Of a stretch of DNA of 64,000 nucleotides, positions 53,578 to 64,000 are shown piece by piece. The DNA is from an uncultured delta proteobacterium (lineage in GTDB: Bacteria > Myxococcota > UBA727 > VGSZ01). The notes beneath the pieces are model-generated. The model had not been told where the DNA came from. It searched no databases and worked only from the letters and a program-made list of their open reading frames with translations. Position 1 is the stretch's first letter, and each line of letters opens with the position of its first letter. The DNA is taken from the NCBI GenBank assembly GCA_963775425.1, contig CAVZJB010000004.1:576001-640000 (forward strand), in the 5' to 3' direction. The position numbers and the translations under genes were made by a program.

Positions 53578-55899
53578 TCAGCGCTCGAGCTCCACCAGCG
53601 CCAGCGGCGCGCCGTCGACGTCGACGCCCGCGGGGTGGCGCGAGACCTCGCGGTGACCGCGCAGGGGCGCGGGCACGGGATCGCGCGGCGCGCGCAGGAG
53701 CCAGATGTTGCCGCTGCAGGGGAGGCCGCGCCGGGCCTCGTGGGCGAGGTCGGTGTCGACGACGAAGAGGTTGGCGGCGGAGCGGAGCCCGGCGAGCGCG
53801 AGCGCGTAGCGATCGGGCACGACGACGAGCGTCCCCGGGGCGAAGCGGCCGACGTCGTTGACGGCGAGGTCGGCGAGCGCGCCGCGGAGGTCGTCGTGGC
53901 TGACCGGCGCGCAGCCGCCGGCGAGCGCGAGGGGCCAGGCGGCGCGGGCGCGGTCGACGGCGACGAGCGCGTGCGGATCGCCGTCGCCGCCGCCGGCGAG
54001 CACGGGGCTCCCCTCCTCGGGGCGCCAGTTGTCGAGCATGCGGCGGGCCTCGAGCGCGGCGCGCGCGCCGTCGTCGGCGACGAGGTGGGGGCCGGCGACG
54101 ACGAGGACGGCGACGGCGGCGGCCGACGCGGCGACGGCGGCCGCGAGCGTGCGCCCGTCGACGGCCACGGCGGCGACGAGCGGCGCGAAGAGGGCGACGA
54201 CCAGGAGCGCCGCCGAGGCCGCCGGGGGGACGCCGAGCCAGAGGGGCACGGAGTCGGGCGCGAAGCCGAGGCCGACGACGGGCAGCATCATCTCGTACAC
54301 GGGGTTTCGAAACACCGTCGACAAGTGCGGGAAGAACATGCCCGCGATCCCGCTGTGCAACAGGCCCGCAGCGACGAGCGCGGCGAGCGCGGTCCGCAGC
54401 GCCAGGCGACGCAGCCGGCTCCGGCCCCGCGTCCCACGACGACGCCGCGACGACAGCGCGTCGAAGCCGAGCGCCGCCGGCACCGCCAGGAGCCCGACAA
54501 CCTCGGTGATGTACCGCGGGCCCACGCTCCAGCCGCCGCGCCACCCGCGAAACCCCGCGATGAACACGAGCATGAGCGCGACGCCCGCGAGCGCCGCCCA
54601 CGCGACCCCCTCGAAGGACGCGCCCGCGTCCCCGTCGACGTCGCCGTCCCCCTCGACGGGGACGGCGAGCCGGGACAACGGCTTGCCCGGCGCGGCCTCG
54701 GCGGCGCGGCGCTCGGGCTTGCCCTGCACGCCCGCGGGGGACGCCTCGTCGAGCCGCGCGCGGTTCTCCCGCGGGCTGCTCTTGTTCGCGCGCGCCCCGC
54801 GCTCGCGCACCGCCGCGGCGACGCGCGAGACCCGCCGCAGGGAGCGCGCCGCGAGCCACGCCGTCACGGCGAGCCCGGCGACGAGGAGCGGTGAGTAGAA
54901 GAAGAGCCCGACCTCGGGGGAAAACAGCACATCGCCGAGCACGCCGATGTGCGGCCGGCCGATGCCGAAGAAGGTGCCGGCGACGACGCCCTGGTAGCTC
55001 TTGTTCTCGAGGAAGCTGTACCCGGTGCGCCACGGCGCCCCGAACATCGCCGTGTGGGCCGCAGCGACGACGACGAGCACCGGCGCCGCGCCTGCACACA
55101 GCGCCGCGAGACGGCGCGCGCCCTCGCGCGAGCCTCGGCCGCGCGCGGCGACGGCGGGGCCGAAGACGGCGAGCGCGGCCACGGGCAGGCACGCGAGCGC
55201 CGCGGGGTATTCGGCGCCGGCGGCGCAGGCGAGCGCGAGGCCGGCGAGCGCGGTGGCGCGCAGCCCCGGCGACGTCGTCGGGCCCGAGCGCGCCCCGCTG
55301 CCCGAAGGATCACGGAGCGGGGCGACGAGCACCAAGGCCGCCGCGGGAGCGAGCGCCGCGAGCGCGTGCCCCGACAGCACGTTCAACGACGCGAGGACGC
55401 CGCTGCCGAGCACCGTGCCGACGACGACGACGTCGGCTATCACCGCGTCCCGCACGCGCCTGCGCAGGCCGCGCCACAGGAGGAACGCGAACAGCATGGA
55501 CGGCAACGCGTCGCCGAAGCCGCGGGCGAGCCGCGTGAGCGCCGGCCGCGAGAGGTCACCGGTGAACGGGTGCGCCGCGACATACGCGAGCGCGCCGAGG
55601 AGCGAGACCAGCGGCGCCTTGGACGCGTAGAGCTTCCCGTCGCGCGTGGATTTGTCGTCGATGTAGCCCCACTGCTTGACGGCGTCGTCGATGGCGAAGG
55701 TGTGATCCTCGACGAGCGCCTTCACGGTGAACACGCGCACGCCTTCGTTCGGGTTGTTGAGCGGCAGGTGCAGCGGAGACGCGGCGAAGACCGCTGTGGC
55801 CGTCAGCGCGACGACGACGAGCGCGCGCGTGCGACTCGACGCGGCCTCTCCCGCCGGTCGCCGGCCCGTTCCCGCCGGTCGGCGCTTGGGCGCGGGCAC
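53578..55899 (-). CDS. polytopic membrane protein (GT-C-like)
   Basis: NPNE..R, FAID, D.S..DG.LY.SKAP, EYP, GLFFYSP, GGWSVGPRY motifs; many TMs. Confidence 0.75.
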   Translation of the reverse strand: MPAPKRRPAGTGRRPAGEAASSRTRALVVVALTATAVFAASPLHLPLNNPNEGVRVFTVKALVEDHTFAIDDAVKQWGYIDDKSTRDGKLYASKAPLVSLLGALAYVAAHPFTGDLSRPALTRLARGFGDALPSMLFAFLLWRGLRRRVRDAVIADVVVVGTVLGSGVLASLNVLSGHALAALAPAAALVLVAPLRDPSGSGARSGPTTSPGLRATALAGLALACAAGAEYPAALACLPVAALAVFGPAVAARGRGSREGARRLAALCAGAAPVLVVVAAAHTAMFGAPWRTGYSFLENKSYQGVVAGTFFGIGRPHIGVLGDVLFSPEVGLFFYSPLLVAGLAVTAWLAARSLRRVSRVAAAVRERGARANKSSPRENRARLDEASPAGVQGKPERRAAEAAPGKPLSRLAVPVEGDGDVDGDAGASFEGVAWAALAGVALMLVFIAGFRGWRGGWSVGPRYITEVVGLLAVPAALGFDALSSRRRRGTRGRSRLRRLALRTALAALVAAGLLHSGIAGMFFPHLSTVFRNPVYEMMLPVVGLGFAPDSVPLWLGVPPAASAALLVVALFAPLVAAVAVDGRTLAAAVAASAAAVAVLVVAGPHLVADDGARAALEARRMLDNWRPEEGSPVLAGGGDGDPHALVAVDRARAAWPLALAGGCAPVSHDDLRGALADLAVNDVGRFAPGTLVVVPDRYALALAGLRSAANLFVVDTDLAHEARRGLPCSGNIWLLRAPRDPVPAPLRGHREVSRHPAGVDVDGAPLALVELER

Positions 55900-55902
55900 G
55901 GC

Positions 55903-58176
55903 TCAGACCTGCGAGCGGCGCCGCAGCACGAGCGCCTCGACGAGCACCAGGGCCACCGCGCCGCACAGGAGCCAGGGCCACAGGGGGACGTCGCCGTCGT
56001 TGGGCTCCGACGTGCGCGTCACCGCGCCCTGCGGCGCCGACTGCGCGAGCAGCTCGGGGGGCGCGCGCTCGAGGTTGGACTCGGCGGGATCGATGAGCAC
56101 CGTGAAGCGCTCCTCTGCGCGCTCGCGCGCGTCGCCGCCGGGCGCGCGGGTGAAGACGCGATACAGGCCCGGCAGATCGGTGTCCTTGAACACGACGTCG
56201 AGGGCGTCGGCGGACACCGCGATCTTCTTCCGGTCGCCGCGCGGCGGCTCCACCTCGACGGTCTCGGTGCCGCGGGCCACGCGGATCCTGCGGGCGTCGC
56301 CGACGTGCAGGATGCGCGGGCCGCCCTGGTCGAGGCCGCCGCCGAGGTAGAGGACGATCTGGCGCATCAAGGGCAAAAAGCCCGGGCGGATGGCGAGGTC
56401 GCTCCAGTCGCGGTCCACGGTGGTGGCGAGCAGCATCACGCGCCCGTCGCCGATGCTGCGCTCGACGAGCGCGGGGGCGTCGTTGGAGAAGCGCATCACC
56501 ACTTCGCGCGTGGCGTCGCTCGAGGGCTCGAGCAACATGAACGTGTTGGTGCGCACCCGCGACAGGCCCGTGAGCTCGTCGCCGGCGGCGAGGCCGCGCA
56601 GCACCGGGTGCTCGGCGCGGAAGCGCGTGAACGAGAGCACCTCGGCGACGCTGGCGTCGTCGAGGAGCGCCTGGCCCTTGGAGCCGCGCAGCGGCGACGG
56701 CAGCACGTCCTTGAGGGCGCGGTCGTACCAGTCGACGTCGACCTGATCGCCCATGGAGAGGAAGAGGCCGCCGCCCGCCTTCACGTGCTCCACCAGCGCC
56801 TTGGCGACGGCGTCGTCGAGGTGGGCCACGTTGGCGAGGACCACCACGCGGGCGCCCGCGACCTCGACGGGCGTGACGTTGTCCGCGCCGACGACGTCGA
56901 CGGCGATGCGGCCGTGGCCCCCGTGCGCCTCGCGCAGCGCGCTCTCGAGATAGAAGACCTCGTCGCGAAACGGCACCGGCTGCGGCGCGCCGTCGACGAG
57001 CAGCACCGACATGGGCGCGGGCAGGTCGAAGGGCAGCCGCACCTCGTTGTCGACGGCGAGCGCGTCGTCCCCGAGGAGGATGGCCATCGGCTCGTCCCCC
57101 GACAGCGCCCCCACGGTGTCGCCGGGCGCGGGCTCGCCGGGCGCCGCGCTCGCCGACGACGCGCCCGCGCCGGTCGACGACGCCGGTGCCGGCGGCGCCG
57201 GCGGAGCAGACCCCTGTGCCGGCGCGTCGGCGACGGGGCGCGCCTGGATGATGACGGGCGGCAGGAGCGCGTGGTGGAAGCTGCGCGTGACGCTCTTGCC
57301 GCCTTCGAGCGGCAGCGACAGGCGCGCGGCGCGGCGGCTGCCGACGACGAGGTCGACGGGGACCTCGACCGCCGGACCGAGGAACTGCTCCGCGGTGAAC
57401 TTCACCTCCAGCGCGTCGCCGCTCCGGCCGGTGGTGCGCTCGACGTCGACGGCGGTGACGGCGTGGTTGGGCGGCGGCTCGCCGGTGGCGGCGGCGGTCC
57501 ACTCGACGACGACGCCGGTGCCGTCGACGCGCGGCGCGCTTGTGTCGGAGAAGCCCGTGGCGGCGAGATCGGACAGCACCACCACGCGACGCTCGCCCGT
57601 GCCCTCGACGGTGCGCGCGAGGCTCGTGGCGCGGGCGGCGCACGCCACCAGGTCCGCGCGGCGGTAGCCGGCGTGCAGCGCCTCGAGCGCATCGACGACG
57701 GGAGCGCGATCGAACGTGGGCGGCACCAGATCGCGCGGGACGTCGTCGCACACGACGGCGCCGACGCGCACGTCGGTGGGCTCGGAGCGCACGGCGTCGA
57801 GGGCCTTGCTCCGCGCGCGGGCGAACATGCTCTTGCCGTCGACCACCGCGTTCATCGACGCGCTGACGTCGACGGCGACCACCACCACGAGCGGCGCCCC
57901 CGTCACCCGCGGCGCCACGCTCTTTCGGAGCACCGGCCGCGCGAGCGCGAGCGCGACGCACGCGAGGATGAGCGTGCGCACGAGCAGCAGCAGTAATTGG
58001 CGCAGCCGGATGGAGCGGGCGGTGCGCTTCTGGCTGCGCAGCAGCAGCTCGAGGGGGCCGAACTTCACGCGCCGCGCGCGCCGCTTGCTGATGAGGTGGA
58101 TGAGCGTGGGGACTGCGAGGGCGGCCAGGCCCCACAAAAGCGCGGTGTCGAGGAAGACGAGGCCCCCCGGGCTCAC
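55903..58176 (-). CDS. BatA-domain / vWA / GATase-like membrane protein
   Basis: BatA N-terminus (P.LIHL..RR..V.F..L.LL, LALARP); MIDAS DVSASM; VLSD; GGGL...G, W.DL, ESNL; C-terminal TM. Confidence 0.9.
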   Translation of the reverse strand: MSPGGLVFLDTALLWGLAALAVPTLIHLISKRRARRVKFGPLELLLRSQKRTARSIRLRQLLLLLVRTLILACVALALARPVLRKSVAPRVTGAPLVVVVAVDVSASMNAVVDGKSMFARARSKALDAVRSEPTDVRVGAVVCDDVPRDLVPPTFDRAPVVDALEALHAGYRRADLVACAARATSLARTVEGTGERRVVVLSDLAATGFSDTSAPRVDGTGVVVEWTAAATGEPPPNHAVTAVDVERTTGRSGDALEVKFTAEQFLGPAVEVPVDLVVGSRRAARLSLPLEGGKSVTRSFHHALLPPVIIQARPVADAPAQGSAPPAPPAPASSTGAGASSASAAPGEPAPGDTVGALSGDEPMAILLGDDALAVDNEVRLPFDLPAPMSVLLVDGAPQPVPFRDEVFYLESALREAHGGHGRIAVDVVGADNVTPVEVAGARVVVLANVAHLDDAVAKALVEHVKAGGGLFLSMGDQVDVDWYDRALKDVLPSPLRGSKGQALLDDASVAEVLSFTRFRAEHPVLRGLAAGDELTGLSRVRTNTFMLLEPSSDATREVVMRFSNDAPALVERSIGDGRVMLLATTVDRDWSDLAIRPGFLPLMRQIVLYLGGGLDQGGPRILHVGDARRIRVARGTETVEVEPPRGDRKKIAVSADALDVVFKDTDLPGLYRVFTRAPGGDARERAEERFTVLIDPAESNLERAPPELLAQSAPQGAVTRTSEPNDGDVPLWPWLLCGAVALVLVEALVLRRRSQV

Positions 58177-59141
58177 GACAGCGCCTCGCTGAGCGTGACG
58201 ACGGGGGAGACGTCGGTGGGCGCGAGGTGCCAGCGCAGATCGAGGCGGCTGGCCTCGCCCTGCACGGCGTCGAGGAACTTCTTGAGCTCTTCGAGGTACG
58301 CCTCGCGCACGAGCGGCGCGTCGACCTGCACCTCGCGGTCACCCTCGAGGTCCTCGAAGCGCACGACGCCGTCGAACGGCAGCTCGAGCTCGTCGCGGTC
58401 GAGCGTCTGCAGCACGACGACGTCGCTGCCGCGGCGGCGCATGACGCCGAGCGGGGCGAGCGCCTCCGGGCCGGTGTCGATGAGATCGCTGATGACGACG
58501 ACGAGCGCGCGGCGCACCAGCCGCTCGCCCACGCGCTCGAGGGTCTCTCGCAAAGACGTGCGCCCGTCCGCGCGCGCGGCCTCGAGCGTGGCCATGACGC
58601 CGCCGATGTGGTCGCGGCGCGCGCGCGCCGGGAGGAACGCGGTCTCCTCGCCGGCGAACAGCGAGACGCTCGGCGCGTCCCCGCGCTCGACGGCGATGTA
58701 CGCGAGCGCCGCCGCGAGCGTGCGCGCGGCCTCGAGCTTCTCGACGGAGAACGCCCCGCGCGCGCCGCCCGCGTAGGCCATGGAGCCGGAGGTGTCGACG
58801 ACGAGCGCGAGCTCGAGGTTGGTCTCGTCCTCGTAGCGGCGCACGAAGTAGCGGTCCACGCGCGCGTAGGCCTTCCAGTCGAGGCGGCGCAGGTCGTCGC
58901 CGGGCGTGTAGAGCTTGTGCTCGGCGAATTCGGACGACGACCCGAAGCGCCGCGAGCGATGGAGCCCCGCGAGCACGCCCTCGGCGACGACGCGCGCGCG
59001 CAGCTCGAGGGGCGCGATGCCGTACAGCGTCGCCGCCGGCAGGAGCTCGGCGGCGCGCTCCGCCCCCGCCTCGGCCGGAGCGGCGGCGCGCGACGACGTC
59101 ACCGCGACGCCCCGAGCGCGGTGCCGGCCTCGGCGGGACAC
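58173..59141 (-). CDS. DUF58 (vWA-like) protein
   Basis: G.HRS..FG.S.EFAEH..Y.PGDDLR.LDWK, YEDET, VDTSGSM, VISD; start uncertain (possibly 59102). Confidence 0.94.
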   Translation of the reverse strand: MSRRGRHRARGVAVTSSRAAAPAEAGAERAAELLPAATLYGIAPLELRARVVAEGVLAGLHRSRRFGSSSEFAEHKLYTPGDDLRRLDWKAYARVDRYFVRRYEDETNLELALVVDTSGSMAYAGGARGAFSVEKLEAARTLAAALAYIAVERGDAPSVSLFAGEETAFLPARARRDHIGGVMATLEAARADGRTSLRETLERVGERLVRRALVVVISDLIDTGPEALAPLGVMRRRGSDVVVLQTLDRDELELPFDGVVRFEDLEGDREVQVDAPLVREAYLEELKKFLDAVQGEASRLDLRWHLAPTDVSPVVTLSEALS

Positions 59142-59208
59142 GCGCCCGCCGGTCGAGGGCGCGCGCGGGGTCGTGGGGCGCGCCCCTGCGGCGCACGCGG
59201 GCGCGTCG

Positions 59209-60270
<1,062 letters not shown>

Positions 60271-60413
60271 CGGGGACACGTTAACGGTTGAAAGCCCTGG
60301 CTACCATGTTCGGGGCCGATGTACGACGAAGAGAGGGGTCCTCTCACCGTAGATCGGTGGATGGGGACCGCCACCCGGATCCGCAACACTCCCTGTGTCG
60401 GAGGATGGCACCC

Positions 60414-62057
60414 ATGACGTTCCGCCTCGCTGCTCTCTTCGCCTTGATCCTGCCCTGTGCTCTCGTCGCGGTCTCCTGCGAGGGGTGCAACCCACAAGAC
60501 CCAGGCGTGGTGAAGAAGGCCGCCGGACAAGGCTGCGCCGCCGCCGCCGAGTGCAACAGCGGGCTCGCTTGCGAGGTGCTGAACGGCACCCAGCAGTGCC
60601 TCGACCCGAACGACGTCGACGGCGACGGCGTCGCAAACGCCATCGACCCCGACATCGACGGCGACGGCACGCCCAACGAGTTCGACGACGACGTCGACGG
60701 CGACGGCATCTCGGGCACGAACCCCGACGGCACCCCGGTGGACCCCACGCCGTACGGCGACAACAACAACGACCCCTCCACGTGCGTCGGCAACTTCGGT
60801 GACTGCGACAACGACGGCATCCCGAACGGCGCCGACTTCGACGACAACAACGACGGCGTGCCCGACGGCGTCGTCGGCCCCGGCTCCTGCGACGGCGGCC
60901 AGACCACGGTGACCGACGAGAGCGCCGACTGCGACGGCTACTGCCTCACCGTGGAGGGCGGCTACCAGCCCTGCAACGACGGCGCGCCCCCCGGCTCCGG
61001 CGTGCCCGACAGCGACGGCGACGGCATCCCCGACCCGCTCGACCCCAATCCCCTGGGCGAGGGCGACCAGCCGCCGCTCGTGCCCGGCGAAGGGGAAGGC
61101 GAAGGCGAGGGCGAGGGCGAGGGCGACGTGCCGCAGAACTGCAACACCATCACCTTCAACCCCGGTGACGACGTGCTCGACCCGCGCATCATGCTCGTGG
61201 TCGACAAGTCCGGCTCCATGGGCGACCTCGACAACAGCGGCCAACAGAAGTGGGACGCGGCGCGCCAGGCCATCGAGACCGTGTCGACCAACCTCGAGGG
61301 CAGCGTGGACCTCGGCATGATGCTGTACCCGAACGGCAACGGGAACAGCGGCCAGTGCAACGAGGGCAACGTGCGCGTCGACGTCGGGCCCAACCACGCG
61401 CAGCAGATCACCAACGTCCTCGAGGGCACCGACCCCGCCGGTGGCACGCCCACGGCGGTGACGCTCATCGACGCCAAGAACGCGCTGAGCGGGCTCCCCG
61501 CGGACGGCGGCCCCCGGGCGGTGGTGCTCGCGACCGACGGCGGCCCCAACTGCAACGACTCGCTCAACGGCGACACCTGCCGCTGCGTCGGCGGCGCGGG
61601 CAACTGCTCGGGCGGCGGCCAGGCCAACTGCCTCGACGACGTCAACACCATCAACGCCGCGCAGCAGCTCAACGCAGCCGGCTTCCCGGTGTTCGTCATC
61701 GGCGAGGTCGGCTCGGAGAACTTCACCGACGTGCTGAACTCTCTGGCCACCGCCGGCGGCACCGCGCAGTCGGGCGCCATCAAGTTCTACGCGGCCAACG
61801 ACACCAACGACCTCGCCGCGGACCTCGAGGACATCGCCATCCGCGTCGGCGCCTGCCGCATCGACCTCCCGTCGGCGGTCACGGCCGGCCAGCTCACCGT
61901 GACGGTGAACGGAACGGACATCGCTCAGGATCCCACCCGCACCAACGGCTGGGACCTCACGGACCCTGACACCGTCGAGCTCTTCGGTCAGCCCTGCAGC
62001 GACACCGTGAGCGGCGGCGCGCAGGCCACGGTGTCCGTGCAGGTCTGCGACGGCTGA
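60414..62057 (+). CDS. vWA-domain lipoprotein with thrombospondin-type-3-like Ca-binding repeats (CglB-like)
   Basis: GGAGGA RBS; lipobox AVSC; DxDGDG repeats; (GE)n linker; MIDAS VDKSGSM, GGTPT, LATDGGPNCN, CLDD, LA.AGG. Confidence 0.85.
   Translation: MTFRLAALFALILPCALVAVSCEGCNPQDPGVVKKAAGQGCAAAAECNSGLACEVLNGTQQCLDPNDVDGDGVANAIDPDIDGDGTPNEFDDDVDGDGISGTNPDGTPVDPTPYGDNNNDPSTCVGNFGDCDNDGIPNGADFDDNNDGVPDGVVGPGSCDGGQTTVTDESADCDGYCLTVEGGYQPCNDGAPPGSGVPDSDGDGIPDPLDPNPLGEGDQPPLVPGEGEGEGEGEGEGDVPQNCNTITFNPGDDVLDPRIMLVVDKSGSMGDLDNSGQQKWDAARQAIETVSTNLEGSVDLGMMLYPNGNGNSGQCNEGNVRVDVGPNHAQQITNVLEGTDPAGGTPTAVTLIDAKNALSGLPADGGPRAVVLATDGGPNCNDSLNGDTCRCVGGAGNCSGGGQANCLDDVNTINAAQQLNAAGFPVFVIGEVGSENFTDVLNSLATAGGTAQSGAIKFYAANDTNDLAADLEDIAIRVGACRIDLPSAVTAGQLTVTVNGTDIAQDPTRTNGWDLTDPDTVELFGQPCSDTVSGGAQATVSVQVCDG
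61085..61128 (+). repeat. (GE)n coding repeat
   Basis: GGCGAAGGGGAAGGCGAAGGCGAGGGCGAG... Confidence 0.9.
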
Positions 62058-62065
62058 GCCGCTTG

Positions 62066-62692
62066 ATGCGCGCGCTCGCCTCGTGCGTCGTCTGTGCCGG
62101 CCTCGCGCTCGCGTCGAGCGGTGCGCGCGCGCAGTCGATGGTGGGGGCGCTCGGCGACCCGAACAAGTGCGTCGTCGTCATCGAGGAGATGGGCAAGGTG
62201 GGCTTCCGCATCAGCGACGCCCAGATCGTCGCCGAGGCGGTGATGACCAGCATGCGCAAGCGCGTCGGCTTTGACGGCGTGGCCTACGCGGGCGTGGCGT
62301 CGTCGGCGAAGGCGATGAAGCGGCTCCTGGCCACGCCGGAGGGCGCGGGCCCGCAGGAGGCGCAGCTCGCCTACTACAAGGCCTGTGAGCAGAAGGCGCC
62401 GTGGCGGGTGAAGGCGCGCTTCGGCGTGAAGCACCACAAGCAATGGATCACGGTGGCGTGCCACAAGGTGGACGGCGCCGACGTCGAGGAGAAGCGCTTC
62501 GAGGCAAAGACCTTCCTCGAGGCGCGCGACGCGCTCGCCGCCGCGATGCCCGCCTTCTGCCCGGCGATCACGCCGCCGGTGGTGGGCCCGTCGGACATCC
62601 CCAACGAGGCCGCGGCCGCGAAGGACGCCACGCCGATCGGGGTTCGCAAGAAGGAAGCGCCCAAGGCCTGGACGCCCCCGCCCCGCCGCTGA
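62066..62692 (+). CDS. exported hypothetical protein
   Basis: Signal peptide ending ARA; 8 bp downstream of the vWA gene; Pro-rich tail. Confidence 0.72.
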   Translation: MRALASCVVCAGLALASSGARAQSMVGALGDPNKCVVVIEEMGKVGFRISDAQIVAEAVMTSMRKRVGFDGVAYAGVASSAKAMKRLLATPEGAGPQEAQLAYYKACEQKAPWRVKARFGVKHHKQWITVACHKVDGADVEEKRFEAKTFLEARDALAAAMPAFCPAITPPVVGPSDIPNEAAAAKDATPIGVRKKEAPKAWTPPPRR

Positions 62693-63002
62693 AAGGCTGA
62701 CGAAAGATATGGCTCGTAGCAGCACTCGGCGAAGCCGCCCACAAGGTGGCTCGCCGCGCGGAGTACGTGGCGAGGCACGTCGGCGCGCAAGAACCGCTGC
62801 AGGTTGTGAGGAAACGGCGGGTCCGAGCGGTGTTGTGATCCACCGCCGGAGCGGAAAGGAGCGGAGAGCTCGGCGCCCCGGCGCTCAACTCGGCGCGCGT
62901 CTTCGTCGCCGAGCTCGGAGCTCCTTCCGCTCCGCCGTGTGGCCGTAGCACCGGCCCCTTCCGGGTGGCTCGGATCGATGGATCACGTTACCCGTCAGCC
63001 TC
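62693..63002. mobile_element. non-coding MITE-like element (short copy, 310 bp)
   Basis: Same inverted ends as 34946-35855; equals that element minus 613 internal bp; long internal hairpin. Confidence 0.82.
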
Positions 63003-63045
63003 TGATGAGCTCAGCGGCGTTACGACATTCACGGCGGGACGCCGC

Positions 63046-64000
63046 TCAGGGCGTGGCGCCGATGCGCGCGATGACGTTGCGCTTGCGATCGAGCACCGCC
63101 ACGGCACCCTTCTCCCGATCGCGCACCACGAGCCACGCGTCGCCGCGCGTCGCGGCCGCCGCGTGCTTCTCGAAGAACGCGGCGAGCTTGCCGTCGCGGT
63201 CGCCGCTCTGCTCGACGACGGCCTCGTACAAGCGCGCGCAGGCCTCGACCGTCTCGAGGGGCTCCCCGCCGGCGGGCGCGCGCATGGCGCCGATCCACGT
63301 CGAGCGGTGCAGGCCCAGGCGCACCGCCCAGAAGCCGTAGGTCCACTCGCGCAGCCGCGTCACCGCCCAGTCGATCTCGGCCTGCGCCGCGCCCTTGCTC
63401 ACCGCGCACGTCACCTCGTTGGTGCCGAGCGTCACCCGCACGACGACCACGCCGCGGTCGGGGTGACACTCGAAGGCGAGCGCGCGCCCGGCGACGATGT
63501 CGTCCTCGAGACCGCGCAGCGCCATTGCGGGATCAGCGACCGGAGGGAGCGGCCGCGCAGGATCAGCGACCGGCGGGACCGCAGGATCAGCGACCGGAGG
63601 GAGCGGCCGCGGAGTCGCCAGGCGCAGACGCAGCCGCCGGAACGCGTCGCTGTCCTCCACGAGGCGGACGTTCGCGAAGCGCGGCGGGGGGATCGCGGGC
63701 TCCACGCGCCACGGCCGCACCAGGACCGGGGCGTCGTCGTCAGGGTCGGGGATGACGGCGCCGCGGCGGAGGCGCGAGCCGCGCCACGTCGTGAGATCGA
63801 GGCCGCGCGTGTCGCCGAGGACGTGGCCGGCGGCGTCGACGGCGGTGACGGTCTTGTCGTCGCCGCCCTCGAGGACGTAGAGGCCGCCGAGGCCGCGAAC
63901 CGCCGCCGACGTCATCGTCACGAACCAGTCGCGCACCGCGGGCGCGGGCGTGAGCGCGCAAAACGCCTCGACGACGGCGCGCACGTTCTTGAGCGGCCGC
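63046..64000 (-). CDS. hypothetical protein, 5' end beyond the window
   Basis: Frame is open to the window edge; contains (PVADP)x3 encoded by the dispersed repeat. Confidence 0.6.
   Translation of the reverse strand, partial: RPLKNVRAVVEAFCALTPAPAVRDWFVTMTSAAVRGLGGLYVLEGGDDKTVTAVDAAGHVLGDTRGLDLTTWRGSRLRRGAVIPDPDDDAPVLVRPWRVEPAIPPPRFANVRLVEDSDAFRRLRLRLATPRPLPPVADPAVPPVADPARPLPPVADPAMALRGLEDDIVAGRALAFECHPDRGVVVVRVTLGTNEVTCAVSKGAAQAEIDWAVTRLREWTYGFWAVRLGLHRSTWIGAMRAPAGGEPLETVEACARLYEAVVEQSGDRDGKLAAFFEKHAAAATRGDAWLVVRDREKGAVAVLDRKRNVIARIGATP
63531..63611 (+). repeat. tandem of the dispersed ~30-bp repeat, in-frame within a CDS
   Basis: GATCAGCGACCGGAGGGAGCGGCCGCGCAG, then a 24-bp variant, then a 27-bp copy. 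Confidence 0.88.

Noticed and set aside
62693-63002. Group II intron fragment, tRNA or known riboswitch
   Set aside because: No domain V consensus, cloverleaf or recognisable aptamer; inverted ends and the transposase-bearing sister copy favour a MITE
63531-63611. Possible CRISPR repeats (~30 bp)
   Set aside because: Units abut without spacers and lie in-frame in a CDS

Overview
Very GC-rich bacterial DNA with myxobacterial (Myxococcota) hallmarks: a MYXO-CTERM-type sorting tail, Cys-rich and PEGA proteins, a eukaryote-like Ser/Thr kinase, an atypical Hsp70 and a CglB-like vWA lipoprotein. About 47 genes can be supported. Housekeeping or stress genes include xth, ahpC, infA, an RND pump, a TPP enzyme, a VKOR-DsbA fusion and a MoxR-DUF58-BatA operon. 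The rest are mostly surface/secreted proteins and GT-C-like membrane proteins. I found no rRNA, tRNA or CRISPR array. Best candidates for undescribed systems: (1) a three-gene unit of an expanded Hsp70, an HPD-less J-domain-like protein and a membrane helical-repeat protein (47856-52486); (2) tandem paralogues sharing a GspE-N/MshEN-like head and periplasmic TPR tail, only one of which has a kinase domain (26546-32220); (3) a DcrB/Eag-like protein coupled to a signal-less protein with hydrophobic hairpins (33768-34945); (4) a structured ~310-bp MITE-like element present once empty and once containing an IS1182 transposase relic, both copies starting right after a TGA stop; (5) a ~30-bp dispersed repeat that also sits in-frame inside a gene, and (GE)n linkers shared by four unrelated exported proteins. 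All family calls come from reading motifs by eye; no database searches were run.
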